Positions 1 through 12,061 are shown, numbered from the stretch's first letter. The stretch: DNA of 64,000 nucleotides from Heptranchias perlo (GCF_035084215.1 NC_090346.1:10106001-10170000), one strand, 5' to 3'. Made by a program: numbers and translations. Notes: a model not told the origin generated them from the letters alone.

Positions 1-1101
1 GACCTACATTTGTCTTCACTAATCTTTTTCGCTTGACATGTTTATAGAAGCTTTTACAGTCAGTTTTTATGATCCCTGCTAGTTTACTCTCATACTCTAT
101 TTTTCCCCTCTTAATCAACCTCTTCGTTCTCCTTTGCTGAATTCTGAACTGCTCCCAATTCTCAGGCTTGCCGCTTTTTATGGCAATTTTATATGTCTCC
201 TCTTTGGATCTAATACTATCCCTAATTTCTTTTGTAAGCCATGGTTGAGCCACCTTTCCTATTTTATTTTTGCGCCAGACAGGAATGAATAATTGTTGTA
301 ATTCCTGCACACGTTCTTTAAATATTAGCCATTGCCTATCCACCATCATCCCTTTTAGTAAAGTTCCCCAATCTATCATAGTCAACTCGCACCTCATACT
401 TTCATAATTTCCTTTATTTAGATTCAGGACCCTAGTTTCGGATTCAACTACTTCACTCTCCATCTTAATGAGGAATTCTATCATGTTATGGTCGCTCTTC
501 CCTAAGGGACCCCGCACAACAAGATTGTTAATTAATCCTTTCTCATTGCACAATACCCAGTCTAGGATCGCCTGTTCTCTAGTTGGTTCCTCAACGTATT
601 GGTCTAGAAATCCATCACGTACACACTCCAGGAATTCCTCCCCCACAGTATTATTGCTAATTTGGTTTGACCAATCTATATGTAACTTAAAGTCACCCAT
701 GATTATAGTTGTACCCTTCTTGCATACATCTCTAATTTCCTGTTTAATGCTCGCTCCTACATCTCCATTACTGTTTGGGGGCCTATAGACAATCCCCACC
801 AACGTTTTCTGCCCCTTGGTGTTTCTTAGCTCCACCTATACAGATTCCACATCGTGATTTTCCGAGCCAATATCTTTCCTCACTATTGCATTGATTTCCT
901 CCTTACTAACAACGCTACCCCACCTCCTTTCCCTTTTTGCCTGTCCTTCCTAAATATTGAATACCCCTGGATGTTCAGTTCCCATCCTTGGTCACCCTGC
1001 AGCCATGTCTCCGTAATCGCAACTATATCATACCCGTTAATATCTATCTGCGATGTTAATTCATCTACCTTATTGCGAATGCTCCTCGCATTTAGACACA
1101 A
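1..1101 (-). pseudogene. CR1 ORF2 apurinic-like endonuclease region, disrupted
   Basis: ORF 883-1101 reads NARSIRNKVDEL..ITETWL..GGGVALLV; similarity continues in other frames toward position 1. Confidence 0.85.
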
Positions 1102-1285
1102 TGGCTTTAGACTGTCTTTTTAAGATTGCTAGTCATCTTAGTTTTATTTTGCACTATGACCCTATTTGTTTTTTGCCCTTGTTTTCTCTGCCTTCCACTA
1201 TTGCTTCTTCCCTTTCTGTTTTTTTTTTCTATCCTTGTTTCCCCCTCCTCTGTCTCCCTGCTCAGGTTCCCTTCCCCCTGCCATT

Positions 1286-2216
1286 CTAGTTTAAACCTTC
1301 CCCAACAGCACTAGCAAACACCCCCGCGAGGACATCGGTCCCGGTCCTGCTCGGGTGTAACCCGTCCCGCTTGTACAGGTCCCACCTTCCCCAGAACCGG
1401 TCCCAATGTCCCAGGAATCTAAATCCCTCCCTCCTACACCATCCCTGCAGCCACGTATTCATCTGGTCTATTCTCCTGTTCCTATACTCACTAGCACGTG
1501 GTACTGGTAGTAATCCTGAGATCACTATCTTTGAGATCCTGCTTTTTAATTTATCTCCTAACTCCTTAAATTCACCTTGCAGGACCTCATCCTTTTTTTT
1601 AAACCTATGTCGTTGGTGCCGATATGGACCATGACTACTGGCTGTTCACCCTCCCCCTCCAGAATGCCCTGCAGCCGCTCCGTGACATCCTTGACCCTAG
1701 CACCAGGAAGGCAACATACCATCCTGGAGTCACGTTTGCAGCCGCAGAAACGCCTGTCTGTTCCCCTTACAATTGAATCCCCTATCACTGTAGCCTTGCC
1801 ACTCTTCTTCCTCCCCTCCTGTGCAGCAGAGCCACCCGTGGTGCCCCGAACCAGGCTCTTGCTGCTTTCCCCTGATAAGCCATCTCCCCCAACAGTATCC
1901 AAAGCAGAATATCTGTTTGAGAGGGAGATGGCCCCAGGGGACTCCTGCTCTATCTGACGGTCACCCATTTCCTTTCTGCCTGCGTAATCTTTACCTGCGG
2001 TGTGACCACCTCATTGAACGTGCTATCCACGATCGTCTCAGCATCACGAATGCTCCACAGTGAATCCACCCACAGCTCCAGCTCCGAAATGCAGTTAGCC
2101 AGTAGCTGCAGCTGGACACACTTCCTGCACACACGGTTGCCAGGGACACCTGTAGTGTCCATGACTTCCCACATGGTGCAGGAGGAGCATATCACGAGTG
2201 CGAGCTCTGCTACCAT
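1286..2216 (-). pseudogene. CR1 ORF1 (zinc finger + SGNH/GDSL esterase), frameshifted
   Basis: Three consecutive minus-strand ORFs (1950-2216, 1558-1968, 1286-1525) carry CSSCTMWE..CRKCVQL, VIGDSIVRG, VHIGTND and DGLHP motifs; frameshifts near 1955 and 1590. Confidence 0.9.
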
Positions 2217-2229
2217 GACTTGCCTTAGA

Positions 2230-3445
2230 TTTACACTGCGCTCACCTCTCGGACTCTCTTCCCGCTCTCGGACTCTCCGTTTACACTGCGCTCACCTCTA
2301 GGACTCTCTTCCCGCTCTCTAGACTCTCCTTTTACTCCACGCTCACCTCTCGGACTCTCCTTTTACACCGCCCTCAGCTCTCGGACTCTCCTCCCGCTCT
2401 CGGACTCTCCTTTTACACTGCGCTCACCTCTCGGACTCTCCTCCCGCTCTCAGACTCTCCTTTTACACTGCGCACACTCGGACTCTCCTTTTACACTGTG
2501 TTCACCTCTCAGACTCTCCTCTCACTCTCGGACTCTCCTTTTACACTGCGCTCACCTCTCGGACTCTCCTTTTACACTGCGCTCACCTCTCGGACTCACC
2601 TTTTACACTGTGCTCACCTCTCGGACTCTCCTTTTACACTGTGCTCACCTCTCGGACTCTCCTTTTACACTGTGCTCACCTCTCGGACTCTCCTTTTACA
2701 CTGCGCTCACCTCTCGGACTCTCCTTTTACACTGCGCTCACCTCTCGGACTCTCCTTTTACACTGTGCTCACCTCTCGGACTCTCCTTTTACACTGTGCT
2801 CACCTCTCGGACTCTCCTTTTACACTGCGCTCACCTCTCGGACTCTCCTTTTACACTGCGCTCACCTCTCAGATTCTCCTCCCGCTCTCGGACACTCATT
2901 TACACTGCGCTCACCTCTCGGACTCTCCTTTTACACTGTGCTCACCTCTCGGACTCTCCTTTTACACTGCGCTCACCTCTCGGACTCTCCTTTTACACTG
3001 CGCTCACCTCTCAGATTCTCCTCCCGCTCTCGGACACTCATTTACACTGCGCTCACCTCTCGGACTCTCCTTTTACACTGCGCTCACCTCTCGGACTCTC
3101 CTTTTACACTGTGCTCACCTCTCGGACTCTCCTTTTACACTGTGCTCACCTCTCGGACTCTCCTTTTACACTGTGCTCACCTCTCGGACTCTCCTTTTAC
3201 ACTGTGCTCACCTCTCGGACTCTCCTTTTACACTGTGCTCACCTCTCGGACTCTCCTTTTACACTGCGCTCACCTCTCGGTCTCTCCTCCCGCTCTCGGA
3301 CTCTCCTTTTACACTGCGCTCACCTCTCAGATTCTCCTCCCGTTCTCAGACTCTCCTTTTACACTGCGCTCACCTCTCGGACTCTCCTTTTACACTGCGC
3401 TCACCTCTCGGACTCTCCTCTTGCTCTCGGACTCTCCTTTTACTT
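2230..3445. repeat. 31-bp minisatellite at the CR1 5' end
   Basis: Unit acactg(c/t)gctcacctctcggactctcctttt repeated over about 1.2 kb with variant inserts; it produces the spurious repetitive ORFs at 2498-3785. Confidence 0.95.
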
Positions 3446-3589
3446 ATTCCCCCTGGTATGGCCAAGGGATGCTGACTTCTTTATGGCGGTTAACTGCTTT
3501 AGCCATTCATCGCCAGATCTGGCTAGGCCACATAAAGCACTATCGGGTCCTGCTCTCCTCTGCCAAAAATCCCCCTCCCCTTTAAACCT

Positions 3590-3957
3590 GCCGTCATCAC
3601 TTCCCTCCTCAAAAAACCCACCCATGACCCCTCTGTCCTTGCAAACTACCGCCCCCATCTCCAATCTCCCTTGCCTCTCCAAAGTCCTTGAACAAGTCCT
3701 TGTCGCCTCCCAAATCCGTGCCCATCTTTCCCGCGACTCCATGTTTGAATCCGTCCGATCAGGTTTCCACCCGTCACAGTACTGAAACAGCCATTATCAA
3801 AGTCACAAATTACATCCTTTGTGACTGTGACCGTGATAAACTATCCCTCTGCAACGTTGCCATCCTATTTGACCCTGAGCTGAGCTTCTGACCACATATC
3901 TGCTCCATCACAAAGACCGCCTACTTCCACCTCAACATTTCCCGTCTCCGCCCCTGC
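3590..3957 (+). mobile_element. L2 LINE reverse transcriptase fragments
   Basis: Reads NYRP/PISNLPCLSKVLE..SGFHP / HSTETAIIKVTNYIL across frameshifts, then LFDPELSF; same family as 19880-20845. Confidence 0.75.
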
Positions 3958-6226
3958 AAGGCCTGTTTAATTTGCTCATTGGTAATTTCACATTCTCTCT
4001 CCAATCCTTTACTGAATAGGAAGGAGAGTAGTTGATGATACCGATGCAGCGAGCAGTGCACGTTAAGACCTTGCCATATTTCTCACTACAGGTATTGTCG
4101 TCTCAGCTTTTGGGCTGCCTATAATTTTTGCAAGAGCGCAGTTGGTGAGTGTCATTGCCATGTTATTGAACAAAATGGGCTCCGCACATTTTCACAAATG
4201 CAGGGGAGAAGTAATGGCAAATATTTTTATACTTTTGCAGTCGGTACTTTAATATGTGTTAAAATGCCGCCCAATATGTGCGCTATTTTCATAGGTGCAT
4301 TTTTCATGTGATTAGCACATCCAGATTATCAGCAGATGAATGTTTACTGTCCAGTCTTGTCCTGGCTAAAGCCATGTTTTTGTCCAGGCTGTCACACCCC
4401 TCCATCCTAATTAGTGTTTAGAGTTTTCCTGGCTCCATGTCTAACGCTTTGCACATTTGCAGACAAGAACTGCAACCCCGATCCTTTTATGTTTCTCAGC
4501 ATTATTTTTGTTTCGATTCTTTTTTCCTTCACTATTTTTTTTGTTAACCTCTCTTATTTGCCTCAAGGTATATCTCCCTATACCCCCCTGGAGATTGCTG
4601 TTTAACAATGCTTTACCACTTCACCATCTTAGCTCTTTCTCCTACGGTCCCCTTCACAAGGGTGAAGTCCTTTCGACATTTATGTCTCCCTTCCATGCCT
4701 CCCAGGGCTGTAGATCAGCTGCAGGTTCCACTTTTGCTCTGATGTTTAAAATCACCTGCAGTACTGCTCACAGGTAGACTGGGCCCTGACTGGGGATGGA
4801 GCAGGAGGCGCTCCTGGGGCTGAGGCCAGAAGTGGAGGTATATCTAGGGTGGCGAGAGCAGCAGGGTCACTTCTGTATAAAATAAGGTATGTTTACATTA
4901 CTATTTATTATAAACTAGCTAATCTGTCATGGTATTGCAGGTAGATGACTGGGGTCTGGAGCATGGTTGTAATGTTTAGCTGCTGACTTGGTCTGTTTCT
5001 TTAACTCAAGATCGGAAAAGGCAGTAGGAAATGACTGCTTTCCTTTTGTGCTGTGGTTTGAAAATAAACTTTTTCCCTTGTGACTTGTTGGTATTTTATG
5101 AAAAGTGTCATATCTAGCATGTGATGCTCACTCTTAAAGCTTTGTCAAGATGGTGTGGTGGTGATGATGTCCTGACGATATACAGCGGGGGGGGGGGGGG
5201 GGGGGGACAGAGTCAGTTGGAACAGCAGGGCCGGCTATTAGAGCATCCATGCTATCTTTCCCAGCTTTCAGCCGTGCCTTGATGTTCCTGATGTCATGCA
5301 AGGTTGCGACTTATTGAATTTCTGCTGGATATATTCCATCATCTGCTTGTTTTTAGGTTGGAGGTTGGCCAACTCCTCCACCTGTTTCATCTTCCCTGGG
5401 CTGAGACGTCGCCTGCTGGCGTAAAATGGAAGAAACTCCTTCCTCAGTATGTGGCGTGTGTGTACAAGGTGGTGTGATTTGACACACAGTTTGTTCTTCC
5501 TCCCGCTGTAGGCCAAAGTAAGTGTGGCCTCACATCCCACTGCGAGGTACCTGAAACAAAATAGAATTGGGGTCAGAATGCTCAGCTGCACAAAATGGAT
5601 TCATGCATGCTCACAATTACAGTCGATCACAAGCATCATGTCCACAGCCTATAAGTGCTCAGCGTAAGTCACTTGTTGCGGTACTTGTTTGCATCGCATG
5701 CAAGGTTTGGGAGGGTTTAGGAGAGAAGTGAGCAGGTTTATTTGCAGTGACAGTGCTGTTGAACAAACAGTGCCACACCAGAGAGACAATCCATCTATTT
5801 GAGGGCTGAGGCCTGGGAGTGCGAGGTGGAGAAGCTAAAGATGCCAGTGGTGCCACCTGAGATGGTGGCTGGAATTTCCCGGGAATGTGCTCGCAGCCTG
5901 CAACTTTCCCCAAACATTCATTCTGACAGGTGGGAAGCCACAGGGCAGTGAGCGCATAAGTAAGAAGCCCATTTCCTGGCTCTTGGGTTGCAACATTTGT
6001 TCCAGATTGAGACAGTGGCTTGAATACATGCCCCTCTCAGCAGGGGCCATGCTTATAGCCCACCTGCTGGACATTAATCCATAACCATTTCAACATGAAC
6101 ACCACAGCAACCAAGCAGATGTGTAACAGCTGTAACACTTACCACTGATTGGGTCTTCTCCCAGTTGACCGGATGTGTGGCAGTCCATAGTGGACACAGC
6201 ACAGTTTCACAGACATGTCCTGGAAG

Positions 6227-6467
6227 TTTTTTTTAAATTCGTTCACGGGATGTGGGCGTCGCTGGCAAGGCCGGCATTTATTGCCCATCCCTAATTGCCC
6301 TCGAGAAGGTGGTGGTGAGCCGCCTTCTTGAACCGCTGCAGTCCGTGTGGTGACGGTTCTCCCACAGTGCTGTTAGGTAGGGAGTTCCAGGATTTTGACC
6401 CAGCGACAATGAAGGAACGGCGATATATTTCCAAGTCGGGATGGTGTGTGACTTGGAGGCGAACGTG
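6227..6467 (-). mobile_element. 3' end fragment of CR1-group LINE (same family as 14314-16107)
   Basis: Near-identical to 14314-14555; A-rich tail on the minus strand; aagtt present at both junctions. Confidence 0.85.
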
Positions 6468-6678
6468 CAAGTTGCCACTGTGTGGGAACGTGTCTTCGAG
6501 AAGAGGCTGCCAGTCGCCTGTGAGAAGAGAGTTGATATTCACTAAAATCTGAGTCTTTTGCCAAGAATGATAGATGAGAACAGAGTCTGCAGCTGAAGAC
6601 AACTGGCACAGAATACACATATATCTGAGGTACCTGTTGAAACTCCTGAAATTTCACATATCCGAGGGTTCGCCCACT

Positions 6679-9310
6679 GAGTCTATATGGGTAGAACTGA
6701 AAAATAAGAAGGGAGAGAACACTGATAGGATTGTACGACAGGCCCCCAAATAGTCAACGGGAAATTGAGGAGCAAATATGTAAGGAGATTACAGACAGCT
6801 GCAAGAAAAATAGGGTGGTAATAGTAGGGGACTTTAACTTTCCCAACATTGACTGGGACAGCCATAGCATTAGGGGCTTGGATGGAGAGAAATTTGTTGA
6901 GTGTATTCAGGAGGAATTTCTCATTCAGTATGTGGATGGCCCGACTAGAGAGGGGGCAAAACTTGACCTCCTCTTGGGAAATAAGGAAGGGCAGGTGACA
7001 GAAGTGTTAGTGAGGGATCACTTTGGGACCAGCGATCATAATTCCATTAGTTTTAAGATAGCTATGGAGAAGGATAGGTCTGGCCCAAAAGTTAAAATTC
7101 TAAATTGGGGAAAGGCCAATTTTGATGGTATTAGACAGGAACTTTCAGAAGTTGATTGGGAGAGTCTGTTGGCAGGCAAAGGGACGTCTGGTAAGTGGGA
7201 GGCTTTCAAAAGTGTGTTAACCAGGGTTCAGGGTAAGCACATTCCTTATAAAGTGAAGGGCAAGGCTGGTAGAAGTAGGGAACCTTGGATGACTCGGGAG
7301 ATTGAGGCCCTAGTCAAAAAGAAGAAGGAGGCATATGACATGCATAGACTGTTGGGATCAAGTGGATCCCTTGAAGAGTATAGAGATTGCCGGAGTAGAG
7401 TTAAGAGAGAAATCAGGAGGGCAAAAAGGGGACATGAGATTGCTTTGGCAGATAAGGCAAAGGAGAATCCAAAGAGCTTCTACAAATACATAAAGGGCAA
7501 AAGAGTAACTAGGGAGAGAGTAGGGCCTCTTAAGGATCAACAAGGTCATCTATGTGCGGAACCACAAGAGATGGGTGAGATCCTAAATGAATATTTCACA
7601 TCGGTATTTACGGTTGAGAAAGGCATGGATGTTAGGGAACTTGGGGAAATAAATAGTGATGTCTTGAGGAGTGTACATATTACAGAGAGGGAGGTGCTGG
7701 AAGTCTTAATGCGTATCAAGGTAGATAAATCTCCGGGACCTGATGAAATGTATCCCAGGACGTTATGGGAGGTTAGGGAGGAAATTGCGGGTCCCCTAGC
7801 AGAGATATTTGAATCATCGACAGCTACAGGTGAGGTGCCTGAAGATTGGAGGGTAGCAAATGTTGTGCCTTTGTTTAAGAAGGGCGGCAGGGAAAAGCCT
7901 GAGAACTACAGACCGGTGAGCTTGACATCTGTAGTGGGTAAGTTGTTAGAGGGTATTCTGAGAGACAGGATCTACAGGCATTTGGAGAGGCAGGGACTGA
8001 TTAGGAACAATCAGCATGGTTTTGTGAGAGGAAAATCATGTCTCACGAATTTGATTGAATATTTTGAAGGGGTAACCAAGAAGATAGATGAGGGCTGTGC
8101 AGTAGACGTGGTCTACATGGACTTTAGCAAAGCCTTTGACAAGGTACCGCATGGTAGGTTGTTACATAAGGTTAAATCTCACGGGATCCAAGGTGAGGTA
8201 GCCAATTGGATACAAAATTGGATTGACGACAGAAGACAGAGGGTGGTTGTAGAGGGTTGTTTTTCAAACTGGAGGCCTGTGACCAGCGGTGTGCCTCAGG
8301 GATTGGTGCTGGGTCCGCTGTTATTTGTTATTTATATTAATGATTTGGATGAGAATTTAGGAGACATGGTTAGTAAGTTTGCAGATGACACCAAGATTGG
8401 TGGCATTGTGGACAGTGAAGAAGGTTATCTAGGATTGCAACGGGATCTTGATCAATTGGGCCAGTGGGCCGATGAATGGCAGATGGAGTTTAATTTAGAT
8501 AAATGTGAGGTGATGCATTTTGGTAGATCGAATTGGGCCAGGACCTACTCCGTTAATGGTAGGGCGTTGGGGAGAGTTATAGAGCAAAGAGATCTAGGAG
8601 TACAGGTTCATAGCTCCTTGAAAGTGGAGTCACAGGTGGATAGGGTGGTGAAGAAGGCATTCAGCATGTTTGGTTTCATTGGTCAGAACATTGAATACAG
8701 GAGTTGGGATGTCTTGTTGAAGTTGTACAAGACATTAGTAAGGCCACACTTGGAATACTGTGTACAGTTCTGGTCACCCTATTATAGAAAGGATATTATT
8801 AAACTAGAAAGAGTGCAGAAAAGATTTACTAGGATGCTACCGGGACTTGATGGTTTGACTTATAGGGAGAGGTTGGATAGACTGAAACTTTTTTCCCTGG
8901 AGAGTAGGAGGTTTAGGGGTGATCTTATAGAAGTCTATAAAATAATGAGGGGCATAGATAAGGTAGATAGTCAAAATCTTTTCCCAAAGGTAGGGGAGTC
9001 TATAACGAGGGGGCATAGATTTAAGGTGAGAAGGGAGAGATACAAAAGGGTCCAGAGGGGCAATTTTTTCACTCAAAGGGTGGTGAGTGTCTGGAACGAG
9101 CTGCCAGAGGCAGTAGTAGAGGCGGGTACAATTTTGTCTTTTAATAAGCATTTGGACAGTTACATGGGTAAGATGGGTATAGATGGATATGGGCCAAGTG
9201 CAGGCAATTGGGACTAGCTTAGTGGTATAAACTGGGCGACATGGACATGTTGGGCCGAAGGGCCTGTTTCCATGTTGTAAACTTCTATGATTCTATGATT
9301 CTATGATTCA
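6679..9310 (+). mobile_element. 5'-truncated young CR1 LINE
   Basis: Starts inside the APE domain (ESIWVELKNKKG) and ends in a (ttctatga)n tail at 9283-9310. Confidence 0.96.
6731..9217 (+). CDS. CR1 ORF2 (partial endonuclease + reverse transcriptase), open 828 aa
   Basis: GDFNFP, LDLLL, SDH (APE); NYRPVSLTS, QHGF, DFSKAFDKVPH, GVPQG, FADD (RT); RPHLEYCVQFWSP (CR1 C-terminus). No true start codon because the copy is truncated. Confidence 0.93.
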   Translation: MYDRPPNSQREIEEQICKEITDSCKKNRVVIVGDFNFPNIDWDSHSIRGLDGEKFVECIQEEFLIQYVDGPTREGAKLDLLLGNKEGQVTEVLVRDHFGTSDHNSISFKIAMEKDRSGPKVKILNWGKANFDGIRQELSEVDWESLLAGKGTSGKWEAFKSVLTRVQGKHIPYKVKGKAGRSREPWMTREIEALVKKKKEAYDMHRLLGSSGSLEEYRDCRSRVKREIRRAKRGHEIALADKAKENPKSFYKYIKGKRVTRERVGPLKDQQGHLCAEPQEMGEILNEYFTSVFTVEKGMDVRELGEINSDVLRSVHITEREVLEVLMRIKVDKSPGPDEMYPRTLWEVREEIAGPLAEIFESSTATGEVPEDWRVANVVPLFKKGGREKPENYRPVSLTSVVGKLLEGILRDRIYRHLERQGLIRNNQHGFVRGKSCLTNLIEYFEGVTKKIDEGCAVDVVYMDFSKAFDKVPHGRLLHKVKSHGIQGEVANWIQNWIDDRRQRVVVEGCFSNWRPVTSGVPQGLVLGPLLFVIYINDLDENLGDMVSKFADDTKIGGIVDSEEGYLGLQRDLDQLGQWADEWQMEFNLDKCEVMHFGRSNWARTYSVNGRALGRVIEQRDLGVQVHSSLKVESQVDRVVKKAFSMFGFIGQNIEYRSWDVLLKLYKTLVRPHLEYCVQFWSPYYRKDIIKLERVQKRFTRMLPGLDGLTYRERLDRLKLFSLESRRFRGDLIEVYKIMRGIDKVDSQNLFPKVGESITRGHRFKVRRERYKRVQRGNFFTQRVVSVWNELPEAVVEAGTILSFNKHLDSYMGKMGIDGYGPSAGNWD

Positions 9311-10391
9311 AAGCAAACTTTTCATCGCTATCAAACTCCATTGTCGAGAAGATACCCTTGAATTGCTGGGTGGTATCCGTGGATACTTCACTTGCCATCA
9401 AGGACTGCAGCTCTACAGATGAGCACATGGAACAAATGGCAACTATAGTGAACTCACGTTGGAATGACAACATGGGAAAAGAGCTCAGTGGCGCACAGAA
9501 CTCACACCTGGATGTTTTGCCAAAGGGTTTACTTTCACGGTTTGAGTCAGAGTGACTTAGATCGCTTCTGTGAAAGGAGTGTGGGAGTGAGCAGGAAACA
9601 GTGATTAGGTCAGGCAGCTTCCACAGTCAAGACTGCAAGGAGAGGCTTGAGAGGCTTCGCTGCAATATTCCAGTCAGCGGAGTGCCTGGCCATCGGGAGG
9701 GAGGGTGGTGATCGGTCGGGAGGGACATGGGGGGGTCAGGGGGCCACAATCGGTAGTGAGGGAGATCGGAGGAGGCATGGAGCGGTGGTGATCGGGGCAG
9801 TGATTCTGGGTGAAAGTGTGCACATGTTTCCTGCCTGCCATTTGGGGGCTCAGTAGGTGGTGTAGCACCTGAAGAATGAGCATTACACGTCCAAATTTAA
9901 CCCCCATTGAGTCTGGAGCTAACAAAGGCACCAACGTGTTTTTCAGTGGCAGATGCGCTGAGGTGAGATAAGAGCAAGAGAAAGCAATGTCACCGAGATG
10001 AGGCTGGATGGCCTTTGAGATGGAGAGAATTCTTGCCATGAGGCTTCCCTGTCTGGAAAGGGTCCCACTTTACACATGCTTTGATTATTTTGGCCCCATT
10101 GGATCCCAGCGGATTTCAATGGTCTGCTGCATTTAGTCCCCCAGGAGTCCATGATCAAGCTGGAGACACGGAATTGGCCCAGGCTTCTTTGGGGCGCTCT
10201 TCCTAGACCCTTCCCTCCCCCTCCTCCCGTGCCTCATATCCGAGCCTGAGGAAGCAATGGAACAAAATGCAACTCACTTTTAAAGCATCTACGGAACATA
10301 ACCTACTGAGCACAAAAGGGAAAGTTCACAAAATTCTCACTTTGGTTGTTTCCAGTTGGCCTCTTTTCTGAACAACTATGACGGTGACATG

Positions 10392-10750
10392 GCTGGTCTC
10401 CAGCTGTGCTCCCGACTGGCCGGTCTCCGGCTAAGCTCCCGACCGACCGGTCTCCGACTGGCCGGTCTCCGGCTGTGCTCCCAACTGGCTGAGCTCCCGA
10501 CTGGCCGGTCTCCGGCTAAGCTCCCGACCGACCGGTCTCCGACTGGCCGGTCTCCGGCTGTGCTCCCAACTGGCTGAGCTCCCGACTGGCCGGTCTCCGG
10601 CTGAGCTCCCGACCGACCGGTCTCCGACTGGCCGGTCTCCGGCTGTGCTCCCAACTGGCTGGTCTCTGGCTGAGCTCCCGACTGGCCGGTCTCCAGCTGA
10701 GCTCTCGACTGGCCGGTCTCCGACTGGCCCGTCTCCGGCTGTGCTCCTGG
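10392..10750. repeat. GC-rich compound minisatellite (about 27-bp and 15-bp units)
   Basis: Repeats of ctggccggtctccggctgagctcccga and ctggccggtctccga. Confidence 0.9.
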
Positions 10751-11463
10751 CCTAGAATGAGCGAGGAGGACAAACACAAAGAAGCCTAAGTGGAGATACC
10801 GATCACCGATTAATCGGTCAGAATACTTGCAGTGCCCAGTCAGCAGAATTCCAAAGGTGTTCTCTCAGGGGCGGGATGTTTCTTGCAGCGTATCGGAAGG
10901 AATGCTCAGACTGAGACTGGCAGGTCTCTATTCCTAGAAGAAAATGAGGAAAAGACACAACACTAAGTGCAGATACTGTTTTTTGCACAGATCACAGAAA
11001 AATTGCGAATGGTCAGAAAACTTGCACCTCCCAGGTAGCAGACTCCGAGGGCTTTTGCTTGCCAAATGGTAAATCTTGGTCCAGATGCGCCAAATAAATG
11101 CACAAAAGATGAAAATTGCCTGAGATCTCTGCACCTGGAAGTAAGAAAACACAGCTCTCACAGTTACATTACAAACAAAAACACCAGGAAAATCAGCATG
11201 GAGGACAAGTAATGTCCTGCAGCAGCAGACAAATGGCAAAGGGATAACATTTGGACAAAGGAGAGGGCATGGTGGGAAGCTGGGTGTACGATGGACAAAA
11301 GGGAGCACATGGTCCTTACCAAATGTACTGCAGCTTTACGTGCACCAGATAAAAGGCACGGGGAGGAACATGTGGAGCAAAATGCAGCAAATAAAATGTA
11401 CTGGCAGGCAGTTTTGCATGGATCAAACCAAATGCAGTGAACACAATATGCAGCTTGTAGTGA

Positions 11464-11650
11464 ACCATACTCACAGACTTTCACACAGTGAAGATAACCA
11501 TACTCACAGACTTTCACACAGTGAAGATAACCATACTCACAGACTTTCACACAGTGAAGATAACCATACTCACAGACTTTCACACAGTGAAGATAACCAT
11601 ACTCACAGACTTTCACACAGTGAAGATAACCGTACCCACGGACTTTCACA
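11464..11650. repeat. 33-bp tandem repeat, about 5.5 copies
   Basis: Unit accatactcacagactttcacacagtgaagata. Confidence 0.95.
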
Positions 11651-12061
11651 GCATGGAGACCTGAAGGATTCCTCAAGATGAATTGGCATAATATACTGTG
11701 CTCATGAGGGTTAGTGTAGCAAAGAAAAATGTGAGGCCACATAGAGCAAGCACCAGTCTGACTACTATGATTCATGCAGTCGTTGGTGATAGTACCGCAA
11801 GTACTACTGAGGTTAAAGTGCAACTACCAGGAATCCACGAATCACTACAGTCATTAAAGCAATTGTACTCGTAGCTCACACAACTACTATGAACTCACAA
11901 AATACTACTGTGAATAAAGCAGCAATCAACAAGAAGGTTAACGTGCAACTACTATGGACTCACAAATATTAAAGCAGCAATCAACAACTACAAAGCACAG
12001 CCAAAGATACCACAAAGATCCAAGCAACTCCAGGCCTGAGAGCAGCAAGCAACTTCCAGCA

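Larger units (their letters stand above)
1..3445 (-). mobile_element. CR1 LINE, 5' portion (5' tandem array, ORF1, start of ORF2); continues beyond window start
   Basis: Minus-strand ORFs give CR1 ORF1 (CxxC..CxKC zinc finger; GDSIVRG / VHIGTND SGNH esterase motifs) followed by the APE endonuclease start (CLNARSIRNKVDEL...AITETWL...RKDRQKGKGGGVALLV). Confidence 0.93.
5233..9398 (-). pseudogene. Intron-containing ZSWIM3-like / Mutator (MULE) transposase N-terminal gene remnant, split by two LINE insertions
   Basis: Exon ending at 6143 (FQDMSVKLCCVHYGLPHIRSTGRRPNQ TG|gtaagt) splices in phase to exon starting at 5550 (tttcag|G TAC: W-YLAVGCEATLTLAYSGRKNKLCVKSHHLVH...FYASRRRLS...KFNK), then a frameshift to VATLHDIRNIKARLK; upstream piece MASEV...MEFDSDEKFAL at 9398-9310. 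Confidence 0.65.

Noticed and set aside
2498-3785. Three 314-391 aa ORFs
   Set aside because: Translations of the 31-bp minisatellite, open in all three frames; not proteins
5187-5206. G20 homopolymer (G-quadruplex potential)
   Set aside because: Simple run with no supporting context
11164-11823. 219-aa Cys/His-rich ORF resembling zinc fingers
   Set aside because: The periodicity comes from the 33-bp tandem repeat; no C2H2 spacing
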